DNA from: a virus
Lineage: Duplodnaviria; Caudoviricetes
Reading direction: 5' to 3' (one strand)
DNA length: 64,000 nucleotides
Virus record (IMG/VR): IMGVR_UViG_3300028603_000001
Location: 1 to 64,000 of that record
Each line of letters opens with the position of its first letter. Positions within the stretch are counted from its first letter, which is position 1. Under the pieces are notes generated by a model, which saw only the letters and a list, made by a program, of their open reading frames with translations, made no database searches and was not told where the DNA came from. The position numbers and the translations under genes are program-made. This document shows, in pieces, positions 8,602 to 17,620 of the stretch.

Positions 8602-8769
8602 ATTATTTTTTCTCCTTAATTTCTCTAGCTTTACGCTTTAATACCTTCTTTGTTTCTTTTCTTGTTAGAGGGAAAGATTCAAAATAATCATTTCCTTCAA
8701 CAAACAACACACCTGCATCTCTAACTGTTTTTACAATATTTTTAAACTGTAATTTGTATCTGTCAGATG

Positions 8770-9036
8770 TCATAATAATTCACTCCGAACTAGTGTTTGT
8801 CCACAATAAGGACAATATTTAAAATCTTTTTTTAGGTATCTAGCGATTTCACAACTTGGGCATACTTCTAAAACCTCAACATAACCATTTAAACTCGGTA
8901 CACATAAAGCGACTTCTTTTGGTGTTTCTTTATCTACAAGTTCTTGTAAAGTTTTTAAATCATCTTCAAACATAGAGTCTTTGTTTACACCAGAATATTT
9001 TAGTGTTCTATCTAATGCTTCTTGATATTTATTCAT
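8770..9036 (-). CDS. Zn-ribbon protein; paralog of 15978-16343
   Basis: MNKYQE, QELVDKETPK, CPxC...YCPxCG. Confidence 0.75.
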   Translation of the reverse strand: MNKYQEALDRTLKYSGVNKDSMFEDDLKTLQELVDKETPKEVALCVPSLNGYVEVLEVCPSCEIARYLKKDFKYCPYCGQTLVRSELL

Positions 9037-9056
9037 TTGCTTTCCTCTTGTTCTTT

Positions 9057-9434
9057 CTATTCTTCTTGTTTTTTTGCTTGCTCTTCTAACAGATAGTCTT
9101 GATACAAATCATCAATAACTCTAACTATAGTGTCATAACCAAACTTATTTATTAGGTCTTGAGATATGTCATCACTAAGATAATAAAACACACTTAAATA
9201 GTTTTTATTTTCAATATCTTTTTTTAGAGGGCTGTTATACTCCCGTCTTATTTCTTTACTAAAACTTGTCTTAACATCAAACACTTCTTTAGCGCATACA
9301 AACTTTATATTTTCAATTTCTTTTTTAAGGCTTTCATTCTCTTGTTTTAAAAATTCAGTTTCACTCATAGAAGCAATTGTACCTCTAGGCATACAGTCAT
9401 CAATATCTTTTATATGTGGTCTATTATTTGTCAT
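9057..9434 (-). CDS. Hypothetical protein
   Basis: GGAGG SD. Confidence 0.7.
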   Translation of the reverse strand: MTNNRPHIKDIDDCMPRGTIASMSETEFLKQENESLKKEIENIKFVCAKEVFDVKTSFSKEIRREYNSPLKKDIENKNYLSVFYYLSDDISQDLINKFGYDTIVRVIDDLYQDYLLEEQAKKQEE

Positions 9435-9435
9435 T

Positions 9436-9477
9436 TTATATACCTCCTAACCTTTCTCTAATTCTTTTTAGTTTCAT
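9436..9477 (-). pseudogene. 13-aa minigene remnant MKLKRIRERLGGI
   Basis: ATGA overlap with the upstream stop; contains the SD of the next gene. Confidence 0.45.
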
Positions 9478-9656
9478 TCTTTAACCTCTATCATCCATCC
9501 ATCATTTGTAGCATAGCCTAAACAGTTCATTTCTTCTTCAGTTAAATTATCACAATCTAAATACCAGCCACTCTTTAAAGTGGCAATTAACTCAGCATCA
9601 CTATGAGTTAGTAACCTTTCTATAAATTTTCTTACACTAAATACTTTTTTTGTCAT
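9474..9656 (-). CDS. Small protein; paralog of 10445-10633
   Basis: KKVFSV...W..CD.LTE.EM...WMIEV. Confidence 0.75.
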   Translation of the reverse strand: MTKKVFSVRKFIERLLTHSDAELIATLKSGWYLDCDNLTEEEMNCLGYATNDGWMIEVKE

Positions 9657-9779
9657 TTATCTTTTTTACCTTTTTCTTTCTCACTTTCTAGTGCCCATTT
9701 ACCATATTCTTCAAAAGCCAATCTTTTCATTTATTCTACTGTTAAACTTTTACACTCGGTTTTCCATATTTACTCTTTG

Positions 9780-10103
9780 CTAATTAATATCACCAATTTT
9801 AACAAGAGGCTTACTTGCCTTAGTTTTCTTTTGTTTTGGAGGATTTTCTAATTCTTTAACAAGTAAGTTGCCGGTTTCACTTTCTTCAACTAACTCAACA
9901 TTTTTTTCTTTAGTACGCCAACTTTCCCCACGAAAAGGGTTTTGTAATTCTTTAACTACTAAACACGTTTCAAATACTCCCATAACTCTTGCTAGTTTAC
10001 CCTTTGTTAATTTAACTAATCCTTCATCTTCTAATATTCTAACAATATCACCAACTTTAATTTCTTTTTTCATTTTCTCGCTCATATTCTTTAGCTTTTT
10101 CAT
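9780..10103 (-). CDS. Hypothetical protein (SH3/KOW-like)
   Basis: IKVGDIVRI motif; true start may be 10073-10085. Confidence 0.55.
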   Translation of the reverse strand: MKKLKNMSEKMKKEIKVGDIVRILEDEGLVKLTKGKLARVMGVFETCLVVKELQNPFRGESWRTKEKNVELVEESETGNLLVKELENPPKQKKTKASKPLVKIGDIN

Positions 10104-10245
10104 AATAATACTCTAGCGTTTCAATCTCAAATAAGCCTACTAAAATTAAGTCACCAGTGTGATACTCTACTTTTATTCTTTCAATAGCATCTTCAAATTG
10201 TTCTAAAGTAAATGGAATAACTATTTTTCTGTTGTCTTCTTTCAT
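10057..10245 (-). CDS. Hypothetical protein
   Basis: Coupled ORF. Confidence 0.6.
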   Translation of the reverse strand: MKEDNRKIVIPFTLEQFEDAIERIKVEYHTGDLILVGLFEIETLEYYYEKAKEYERENEKRN

Positions 10246-10247
10246 AT

Positions 10248-10448
10248 TTATTTCCTTCCTTGTTTATCTATCATACACTGAGTTATTGAGACTATTTTAG
10301 AATATCCATTATCTAAATCTATAATTTTCTTATTTTGTTTTTGTTTTGAATTTTTAGATTTTTTAATAGTTGAATGAACCTTGTCTAAATTAGGGTTTGC
10401 AATATACTCTCTTGAAGCACGAATGTTTGAAAATTCAACTTTTTTCAT
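10248..10448 (-). CDS. Hypothetical protein
   Basis: ATGA overlap. Confidence 0.6.
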   Translation of the reverse strand: MKKVEFSNIRASREYIANPNLDKVHSTIKKSKNSKQKQNKKIIDLDNGYSKIVSITQCMIDKQGRK

Positions 10449-10633
10449 TTTATTTCCTCAACTTCTATCATCCAATCGTTACGAGTAGAACAACGTAAAT
10501 TTCTCATTTCTTTTTCTGTTAAACCATCACACTCATTAGCCCAACTTTCACAAAAATCATTAATCATTTCTTCTGTATAATCAGCTTCTTTACAATCTTT
10601 TTTATACCTTTCTACACTAAACACTTTTTTCAT
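10445..10633 (-). CDS. Small protein; paralog of 9474-9656
   Basis: Shared motifs; ATGA overlap. Confidence 0.75.
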   Translation of the reverse strand: MKKVFSVERYKKDCKEADYTEEMINDFCESWANECDGLTEKEMRNLRCSTRNDWMIEVEEIK

Positions 10634-10935
10634 TTGTACCCTATTTTCTTTCTTACATTTTTTGTATAACTATTCCTACATTCCTGTGAGCAGAAGTCTA
10701 CCCATATGCCATCAAATATAGTTACTATCCAACCATCTTCTTTTAATTTCTTATTGATGATTGTATAACTCTTAAACATATGTTGTTCTTTTCTTCTACA
10801 AGAATCGCATTCGACTGTATGACCTATTACATCAGCATTTCTTCTTGATTCCAAAATGTTTTGAAAACTAATATCTGCTGGGTGGTCATAACACATCTCA
10901 CCGTTAAATTCTTCATATATAGCACTTTTACTCAT
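10630..10935 (-). CDS. Zn-binding hypothetical protein
   Basis: CDSC...FCSQEC. Confidence 0.7.
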   Translation of the reverse strand: MSKSAIYEEFNGEMCYDHPADISFQNILESRRNADVIGHTVECDSCRRKEQHMFKSYTIINKKLKEDGWIVTIFDGIWVDFCSQECRNSYTKNVRKKIGYK

Positions 10936-11088
10936 GATTACTTCTCTAAAGTATTGGCTAGTTTATAAATTTCAACTTCCAGCCAATCCCAATCGTCTAT
11001 AGTTATTTCATACATTTCAAGTGACTCTATTAAATCTCGTTTTGAAAATTCATGTTCAATTATGTTCCACAATTCCAATAATTTTTCT

Positions 11089-11280
11089 TTAGTCATATAA
11101 TTTCACCTCTAAGTCTTTATCACATTTATCACACACTGGTGGGTCAATAGGCCAACCATAACAACCACACATACGACCATCACAACAGTATTCAGAGTTT
11201 TTAAAATAATATTCTATTTCTTCTTTAGTGAGTATATTTTGACATACAAAACATTTTATATCTTCTTTACTCATTTCCAT
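11089..11280 (-). CDS. Cys-rich small protein
   Basis: CxxC...CCDGRMCGC...PVCDKC. Confidence 0.7.
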   Translation of the reverse strand: MEMSKEDIKCFVCQNILTKEEIEYYFKNSEYCCDGRMCGCYGWPIDPPVCDKCDKDLEVKLYD

Positions 11281-11474
11281 TTTCCTCTTGTTTTCGTTCT
11301 TGTTTCAATGTAGATAATTCTATTAATCATATATGCTCTATACATCAATAACCACAATTCCACTTTTTCAATTCCTGCGTTTCCAGTAAGTTCATCATAT
11401 GTTTCACAACGTTCTAATTCTTTATTCATTCTTTTACCTACTTTCGTGCAGGCTTTAAGAATATTTCTAAACAA
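11271..11474 (-). CDS. Hypothetical protein
   Basis: Coupled ORF; probable start at the internal MNKELE. Confidence 0.5.
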   Translation of the reverse strand: MFRNILKACTKVGKRMNKELERCETYDELTGNAGIEKVELWLLMYRAYMINRIIYIETRTKTRGKWK

Positions 11475-11653
11475 TCTTTTTCTTCATCAAGTTTAAAATC
11501 AATAACTATATCATTTTTATATAAATTAAAATATTTATGTGCTAATAATGAACCTAAATAGCCAATATAAATTGCAAAATCATTTTCTATATAGAATAAT
11601 TTAACATTATTTATTTTATGATTATATTCTCTTAATAACTCTTCTAATATCAT
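11438..11653 (-). CDS. Hypothetical protein
   Basis: Coupled ORF. Confidence 0.65.
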   Translation of the reverse strand: MILEELLREYNHKINNVKLFYIENDFAIYIGYLGSLLAHKYFNLYKNDIVIDFKLDEEKDCLEIFLKPARK

Positions 11654-11721
11654 TTAATCACCATTTCATTTAAATCAATAATTCTATTATTATTTAACAA
11701 CACATATCTTTTTAATCTCAT
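11650..11721 (-). pseudogene. 23-aa truncated paralog of 17222-17620
   Basis: MRLKRYVLLNNNRIID vs MKLKRYVLLDNNRIYD; ATGA overlaps at both ends. Confidence 0.6.
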
Positions 11722-12068
11722 ACATCCACCTCAATAAAAGTTTGATAAAACCACATATTATATAATTCTTTATATTCATCTTCAAGAATGAATTTACAAC
11801 TAGTTATTTTGTTATTGTAAATTTCGACTTTTAATTGACTAGGAATGTGATTTCTCGGTTCTTCAACACAATCTTCTAATATTTGAATATAACTACCATC
11901 AGTAGGTTTTCTAACTTCGTATGTTAAATGCCACATCAAATTTCCTTCATCATCTTGTAATAGACTATCATTCTTTGCTTTATTTTCTAAGTATTCAATT
12001 ATTTCACTCAACTTCACTTTTTTAGGTACTCTAATAAATGTGTAGTCTTTTTCTTTAAATATTTCCAT
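11718..12068 (-). CDS. Hypothetical protein; paralog of 13833-14195
   Basis: DYTFIRVPKKVKLS ... IEVDV*. Confidence 0.75.
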   Translation of the reverse strand: MEIFKEKDYTFIRVPKKVKLSEIIEYLENKAKNDSLLQDDEGNLMWHLTYEVRKPTDGSYIQILEDCVEEPRNHIPSQLKVEIYNNKITSCKFILEDEYKELYNMWFYQTFIEVDV

Positions 12069-12375
12069 TTGCTACATCCTCACCTTTCTCAACTAAACCT
12101 GCTTGGATTAAGTCAAAGACATCATTTAACGAGTCTTCTTCTATTGCGTCAAGGTCATCGATATATATAACTCTATCCAATATAGGAGAGAAACCTCTTT
12201 GTACTCTTGTTTTATTTGCATTTTCTGCGCCACCTGGAAAGTCATACCAGCAGTCATAGAAAATAGTTACTCTTCCTCTTCGATATCTTGGCATCACCAT
12301 TTGTGTCTTATCAATATGAATGAAGCCAAACTTTTCTAATTCTTTTAAATCTACATTATCTTTAATTTTTAACAT
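12055..12375 (-). CDS. Conserved phage hypothetical protein
   Basis: MLKIKDNVDLKELEKFGF...DLIQAGLVEK. Confidence 0.75.
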   Translation of the reverse strand: MLKIKDNVDLKELEKFGFIHIDKTQMVMPRYRRGRVTIFYDCWYDFPGGAENANKTRVQRGFSPILDRVIYIDDLDAIEEDSLNDVFDLIQAGLVEKGEDVANGNI

Positions 12376-12378
12376 TTG

Positions 12379-12651
12379 CTACTCTTTTGTTTTTCTATAT
12401 TCTTTTTTAAACTGTTTATATTCTTTTCTAAATTGTTTAGAATATTTGAACAGTATATCTTCTAATGCTAATTGAGTTACTTGGCTATGTCCTAAAGGGT
12501 CAACAACATGCCAATCATCTCCTAGCAAATATTTAATAGCAATTCTAATAAACTCAGCATCAGATATGCCTGTACAAAATATGTTATCTTTATCTTTTCT
12601 TTGTGCTTCTTTATTACGAATAAAATTAATATATGTATCATTATTACTCAT
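12379..12651 (-). CDS. Hypothetical protein
   Basis: Coupled ORF. Confidence 0.7.
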   Translation of the reverse strand: MSNNDTYINFIRNKEAQRKDKDNIFCTGISDAEFIRIAIKYLLGDDWHVVDPLGHSQVTQLALEDILFKYSKQFRKEYKQFKKEYRKTKE

Positions 12652-12877
12652 TCTCTATCACTCCTAACTTATATATATATTCTAATGGTATATGATAATG
12701 AGAAATATAATGCCCTTCATAATTTTTGGAAAATACATTATATTTTTCTAAATCAATAACATATATTGTGCTACCATACTTTAATGCAATTTCTAGATCA
12801 TCTGTAAAATATGTTCCACTGACTAGAAAATCATCTAGTAATTTTGCATTTGTTCCATGAAATATATATTTACTCAT
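12644..12877 (-). CDS. Small protein with ADP-ribosyltransferase-like motif
   Basis: IFHGT...GTYFT...ALKYG pattern. Confidence 0.4.
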   Translation of the reverse strand: MSKYIFHGTNAKLLDDFLVSGTYFTDDLEIALKYGSTIYVIDLEKYNVFSKNYEGHYISHYHIPLEYIYKLGVIENE

Positions 12878-12880
12878 TTT

Positions 12881-12934
12881 TTAAACCCTTTCTAAGTCTT
12901 TTAAATCAACAATGCCTTTAATTTTTAGTTTCAT
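12881..12934 (-). pseudogene. 17-aa truncated paralog of 12055-12375
   Basis: MKLKIKGIVDLKDLERV vs MLKIKDNVDLKELEK. Confidence 0.55.
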
Positions 12935-13104
12935 ACACTATCCCCATTAGTAAAATTGCCATAAATTATATTATCTTCCAACTCAACACTATCACTTTCT
13001 AAATAACCCATACTTTTACTGTTGCTATAACTAATTTGTATAACTACTTTTTGCTCTTTATCTTCATATTCGTTTAACAAGTCAATTAATTCTCTTATTG
13101 TCAT
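12931..13104 (-). CDS. 57-aa hypothetical protein (not in ORF track)
   Basis: MTIRELIDLLNEYED...; ATGA overlaps on both sides. Confidence 0.65.
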   Translation of the reverse strand: MTIRELIDLLNEYEDKEQKVVIQISYSNSKSMGYLESDSVELEDNIIYGNFTNGDSV

Positions 13105-13319
13105 ACATCCACCTCAAATTCTTTACTACATTTATCACATACTGGAAGGTCAATATTCTTTATAGGAATTATTATTGTAAAGTCTATCAGGTTTCCCTTT
13201 TCATGATAACACTCATATTCATAATATTCTTTTGGTAAATCTACACCCTTTATTCCAAGAACATTATCCCCTTCCCATAAAATAGAGCAATTAGGAATGT
13301 TTTTAACTTTTAGTTTCAT
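13101..13319 (-). CDS. Hypothetical protein
   Basis: Shares the PVCDKCxKxxEV tail with 11089-11280. Confidence 0.7.
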   Translation of the reverse strand: MKLKVKNIPNCSILWEGDNVLGIKGVDLPKEYYEYECYHEKGNLIDFTIIIPIKNIDLPVCDKCSKEFEVDV

Positions 13320-13582
13320 ACATCCACCTCAACCAACTTTTCTTCAAACAATGTTTTAAATAATACGATGGTTTCAATATCTAAATCACCACGTATCCAG
13401 TCGCCATTGTCATTCATTGTTAGGTCTGTATGTGGGTGATAAATATTCCCGAAGTTATTATCTACAAAATAATCACTCCGATCAAATGTTCCATCACCGA
13501 AAATTTTACTTTCATCAGTTATGAAACCCAATTCATTCCATCTATTTTTATTTTCTTTTGTTAAGTTTATTTTTAGTTTCAT
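13316..13582 (-). CDS. Hypothetical protein
   Basis: ATGA-coupled. Confidence 0.7.
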   Translation of the reverse strand: MKLKINLTKENKNRWNELGFITDESKIFGDGTFDRSDYFVDNNFGNIYHPHTDLTMNDNGDWIRGDLDIETIVLFKTLFEEKLVEVDV

Positions 13583-13836
13583 ACCCCAACTCCTATAATT
13601 AGCAAGCCAAATGATTCACAACTTTTTTCTTCGATAATTCCATTTCCGTTATCAATTTCTTCAAAATCCAACGCAATACATTCTGTAATTTCGACATCAC
13701 GGTTTAAATATTCTGCAACATCTCTATACTTTATGTCACCAACATATTTCTTTCTAACTATTGGATTGTTTTGGTTTCTCATATCAAAAATACTAACTTT
13801 ACCTTTATGTACGTCTAACAAATGTCTTAATTTCAT
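13579..13836 (-). CDS. Hypothetical protein
   Basis: ATGA-coupled. Confidence 0.7.
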   Translation of the reverse strand: MKLRHLLDVHKGKVSIFDMRNQNNPIVRKKYVGDIKYRDVAEYLNRDVEITECIALDFEEIDNGNGIIEEKSCESFGLLIIGVGV

Positions 13837-14195
13837 ACATCTACCTCAATAATAGTTCCTGCAATCCAATATTGATAGAGCCATTTTGGAAAAAACTTTA
13901 TTTCCCAAACATCTTGGTTTTCTATCTCATTAATTTTGTTTTCTTTAATTCCTATACATTTAAAATCTTCTTTATCATTTTCAATAAGAATGCCTAAACA
14001 TTTTTCGTACCATACATCATATTCTTTTGGTAAATATTCTTCTAAACGCTTTAATATTCCACTCAACTTAACTTTCTTAGGAACTCTAATAAATGTGTAG
14101 TCTTGTTGTGCTTCATCAATTAAATGTAACACCCTTACAGGGACAGGTATACCTTTATTTATTAATTCCTTTATCTCTTCTTTAATCTTTTCCAT
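13833..14195 (-). CDS. Hypothetical protein; paralog of 11718-12068
   Basis: Shared DYTFIRVPKKVKLS and IEVDV. Confidence 0.75.
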   Translation of the reverse strand: MEKIKEEIKELINKGIPVPVRVLHLIDEAQQDYTFIRVPKKVKLSGILKRLEEYLPKEYDVWYEKCLGILIENDKEDFKCIGIKENKINEIENQDVWEIKFFPKWLYQYWIAGTIIEVDV

Positions 14196-14197
14196 AA

Positions 14198-14419
14198 TTA
14201 CTCCTTATTACTCAATAGCCTTCTTATTCTTCTAGTTAAACATTCTTTCTCATATCCATTTAATTCAGTATTGCTAACCAATCTTATAGTTACATCATAT
14301 TGAGGATACTCACTACCGTCTTCTCGTATATGTCTAAAGTCAGTAGATTTCTTTCTTTTAGGCATATAAACACCATCTACATTTACCTCGATTTCTTTAC
14401 CATTAACTGTTATTTCCAT
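14198..14419 (-). CDS. Hypothetical protein
   Basis: Coupled ORF. Confidence 0.65.
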   Translation of the reverse strand: MEITVNGKEIEVNVDGVYMPKRKKSTDFRHIREDGSEYPQYDVTIRLVSNTELNGYEKECLTRRIRRLLSNKE

Positions 14420-14801
14420 TTTCTATCACTCCTTTGAAAAACTTACCAACAAGAACTACTAAATCGTGAGGTAAATCATATTCAAATCTTATATTACCTC
14501 CATTTTTCCAAACAACTCTACCTGAATAAGCATAAATATTATTATTAGGGTTTATAAATATAAATGCTTTTGACCTATTGTAAACAACTTCTTGTCTAAA
14601 ATACTCACTTAACGCTTCACATACTTGTTCTTGGGTAGGTGTTTTTTTTAATTCTTCAAGTTCTTCAAGTGCTTTCTTTAATAATTTTATCTCTTCCAAA
14701 CTTCCTTCAAAGTGATTATCTATCTTATCACAAACACTATTTTTTTCTATAAATTCATAATCAATTTTAATTCCATCTAACGCTTCTAATTCTTTACTCA
14801 T
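14403..14801 (-). CDS. Tandem paralog 3 (PTxExVCxALS family)
   Basis: Shared motifs with 14794-15156 and 15149-15538. Confidence 0.75.
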   Translation of the reverse strand: MSKELEALDGIKIDYEFIEKNSVCDKIDNHFEGSLEEIKLLKKALEELEELKKTPTQEQVCEALSEYFRQEVVYNRSKAFIFINPNNNIYAYSGRVVWKNGGNIRFEYDLPHDLVVLVGKFFKGVIENGNNS

Positions 14802-15156
14802 TCTCCATCACTCCCTCATAAAATCTACCTATTAAAATTATTATTTTAGGTGATAAAACTACATTAAAATGCACATCATCATCAAACAAATAAACAACTG
14901 CCTCATACTCATTAGGTGTTCCTATATAAAAACAACCATTTTCATACCACACCTTTTCATCTAAATACTTACTCAACGCCTTACAAACTTCTTCTTCTGT
15001 AGGTGGAGTTAGTGCTTGTTCCAAATCGTTTAGGCATAGTATTTTAATTGCAGTACTATCTACGCCATTATGAAGCAACACAAGTTTACTATGTAGATTC
15101 ATATTTTTATACCTCTTAAAGTCTTGCTCGCTTAATGCTTTTTTATATCTATCCAT
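14794..15156 (-). CDS. Tandem paralog 2 (PTxExVCxALS family)
   Basis: ALTPPTEEEVCKALS...LIGRFYEGV. Confidence 0.75.
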   Translation of the reverse strand: MDRYKKALSEQDFKRYKNMNLHSKLVLLHNGVDSTAIKILCLNDLEQALTPPTEEEVCKALSKYLDEKVWYENGCFYIGTPNEYEAVVYLFDDDVHFNVVLSPKIIILIGRFYEGVMENE

Positions 15157-15538
15157 TCCCTAGCACTCCCTCATAAAATCTGCCTATTAAAGTTATTAAA
15201 TGTGGTGGTAATGCAGGCATAGCCTTTTTGTTATTAAATCTAACATTTTTATTTTTAACTTCTTGCTCAACAATTATAATAGGTTCATACCTTTTAACTA
15301 TAACAAAACAATTGTGTTGTAAGTAGAATTTTACAGGTAAATTATAATAATCACTCAACGCTTTACAAACTTCTTCACTTGTAGGTGGGGTTAGTGCTTT
15401 TTCTATAAAAGCAGACATAAGTTTCAAAGACCACTCATTTTTATCAGCAAAATTTTTAATTTCTCCAATAGCCCATTCTTCATATTTGTCTACAATATTC
15501 TTGGAGTTCTTTATCAACACTTCTAATTCTTTATTCAT
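15149..15538 (-). CDS. Tandem paralog 1 (PTxExVCxALS family)
   Basis: ALTPPTSEEVCKALS...LIGRFYEGV. Confidence 0.75.
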   Translation of the reverse strand: MNKELEVLIKNSKNIVDKYEEWAIGEIKNFADKNEWSLKLMSAFIEKALTPPTSEEVCKALSDYYNLPVKFYLQHNCFVIVKRYEPIIIVEQEVKNKNVRFNNKKAMPALPPHLITLIGRFYEGVLGNG

Positions 15539-15692
15539 TAATTTCTCCCATTTTTACTTTGTTACCAGCAGGACAAATTTCTAAGTTGTTGTCTTTTTTA
15601 TAATCAATATAAAATTGACTAATAATACAACGCTCTTCACCCATCTCATCACATTTTTTAACAACACATTTAAATACTTTTTCTGTCATTTG

Positions 15693-15944
15693 CTACTCCT
15701 TTGGCATTTCATAAGTGTTGCCTACAAAATCAGAATTTTCTTTGCCTAAAAACACAGAATACTCGTGTTTGTTCTTTGCTTCCATAAATTCTTGAATAAT
15801 CTCTAATGCTCTTTCTTCACTTTTATATTGACCTAATGAAAAATCATTACCGCAAATAAAATAATCTTCGAATATATCAAGTTTTTTGATATAAACTGCA
15901 CTAACTTTGACTAACGCATTTTTAGCTTGACTTAATACCCACAT
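15693..15944 (-). CDS. Conserved phage hypothetical protein
   Basis: MWVLSQ...LGQYKSEERALE...YEMPKE. Confidence 0.75.
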   Translation of the reverse strand: MWVLSQAKNALVKVSAVYIKKLDIFEDYFICGNDFSLGQYKSEERALEIIQEFMEAKNKHEYSVFLGKENSDFVGNTYEMPKE

Positions 15945-15977
15945 ATTAACTCCTTATTAATTTTCTTTTCTAATTCT

Positions 15978-16343
15978 CTACTCATGTTTAAAATCCAATC
16001 TTCGACCACATTCAGGGCAGTAATTTACATTAAATTCATCACTAACGAAATCATATCTTTCATTAAATGCTTTTAAAATATCTTCGCTATTTGGATCTTC
16101 AACATTTATATCATTATCACCAGCTCTTATTAATTCAGTTTCACAACTAGGACATTTAAGACCGTATATGTTTTCATCGGTGTATTGGTTGTACCCCACA
16201 TCTTCTGCTAACACTCTCTTTGGCGTTTCTTTATCTACAAGTTCTTGCACAATATCTTCAAGGGTTCTATAGTTAGCCTCTTGTTGACTATCACTTGATT
16301 TTAAAGTTTTTATAAACTCTATCGTTTCTTGATATTTATTCAT
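15978..16343 (-). CDS. Zn-ribbon protein; paralog of 8770-9036
   Basis: MNKYQE, QELVDKETPK, CPSC, YCPECG. Confidence 0.75.
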   Translation of the reverse strand: MNKYQETIEFIKTLKSSDSQQEANYRTLEDIVQELVDKETPKRVLAEDVGYNQYTDENIYGLKCPSCETELIRAGDNDINVEDPNSEDILKAFNERYDFVSDEFNVNYCPECGRRLDFKHE

Positions 16344-16490
16344 TTTCTTTCACCTCATCATATTGTTTCAACACAGCATCATTAGTTAGTAAATCAATAA
16401 CTAAATCATAAGCCCAATAAGCATCACCTTTTGCATCTTCCTTTAACTGATATAAAATATCTTCTATTTTGTCTAGTCTTTCTTCTGCTG

Positions 16491-17225
16491 TCATAAGCCT
16501 AACTCCTCACGTATTTTCTTTTCATATATATAATAATTCTTACTCACTCTATCAAGATACTTTTTCAACTTCAATAAATACTCTACTCTATTCTTATCAT
16601 AATAAGAACTACTTTCATTCGCATCTTTTACACATTCTAAAACATTATCAACATAGTAGTCATATATAGCATTAATACCTCTGTTAGACAAAGCGTCATT
16701 AATTAAATTCATTATCTTTAGTTCATAATTCAATTTTGCTGATTTCTTCTTTAAAATAACTCCATTGCGACTATTATGATAATTCCAAAACTTCACTCGT
16801 CTAAAAACATCTTCTTTGTCATAATATCTTGCTTCTTCTTCTCTGACCACAATACAATCTTCTAAATTAACCAACAAATCAAATGCTTCAATACTACTCT
16901 CTGTAATTAATACTCTAGCAGAGTAATAATAATCGAAAGGCATATTAGCATAATACGAATTAGGATAATGCGAATTATTTGTCGGCTCTCCAAGAGATTT
17001 CAAAAATTCTACCATTTTGTCATAGTCCTTTTGATACTCATAAGGCATCTCAAATTGATATGTGTCTACCATATAGATATCGTCAGAACCATCTTCTTTA
17101 ACAACCCTTACAGGAAACCAATAGCCTTGCTTTTGGTCATTAAGACGTTCATAATATCTTGGCAAATATTTTTCTAAATTACTATTATGTTCATAAATAC
17201 CACCGAAAATAATTTTCTCTATCAT
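16491..17225 (-). CDS. Hypothetical protein
   Basis: Start reassigned to MIEKI (ATGA overlap). Confidence 0.75.
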   Translation of the reverse strand: MIEKIIFGGIYEHNSNLEKYLPRYYERLNDQKQGYWFPVRVVKEDGSDDIYMVDTYQFEMPYEYQKDYDKMVEFLKSLGEPTNNSHYPNSYYANMPFDYYYSARVLITESSIEAFDLLVNLEDCIVVREEEARYYDKEDVFRRVKFWNYHNSRNGVILKKKSAKLNYELKIMNLINDALSNRGINAIYDYYVDNVLECVKDANESSSYYDKNRVEYLLKLKKYLDRVSKNYYIYEKKIREELGL

Positions 17226-17620
17226 AGTCCTAACTTTTCCTCCTTTTCCCATACGCAAATATAATCTTTACCTATTAACTTATAGATTGCAGTTGCTTTA
17301 TCTTTTGAAAAAGCCCACCCATCGCAACATATAGTGCCATGTGTTGTTATATTTAATACCCTATGTAGTGTTCCTTCTTCATCAGCAATATAGTCATCAG
17401 TAAACGTATCTTCTTTTAGACCACCCATTGCCGAACATCGAACTAAATCAAATACATCATCACTTGTTGCTACTAATTGTCTGCATAGATTTTCAGTTTC
17501 ACCATTTTCTATTGCCTCAAAAATAGTAGACATTAAAGAGTCATAAGAACTTGTTGGATCTAATTTTTCTCTATCATATATTCTATTATTGTCCAACAAC
17601 ACATATCTTTTTAGTTTCAT
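17222..17620 (-). CDS. Hypothetical protein
   Basis: ATGA-coupled. Confidence 0.75.
   Translation of the reverse strand: MKLKRYVLLDNNRIYDREKLDPTSSYDSLMSTIFEAIENGETENLCRQLVATSDDVFDLVRCSAMGGLKEDTFTDDYIADEEGTLHRVLNITTHGTICCDGWAFSKDKATAIYKLIGKDYICVWEKEEKLGL

Larger units (their letters stand above)
11718..13849 (-). repeat. Dispersed 17-bp gene-junction repeat TTGAGGT(G/A)GATGTATGA, 4 copies (11718, 13101, 13316, 13833)
   Basis: Three identical copies and one with a single mismatch; each encodes EVDV*, an SD and the next ATG. Confidence 0.8.
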
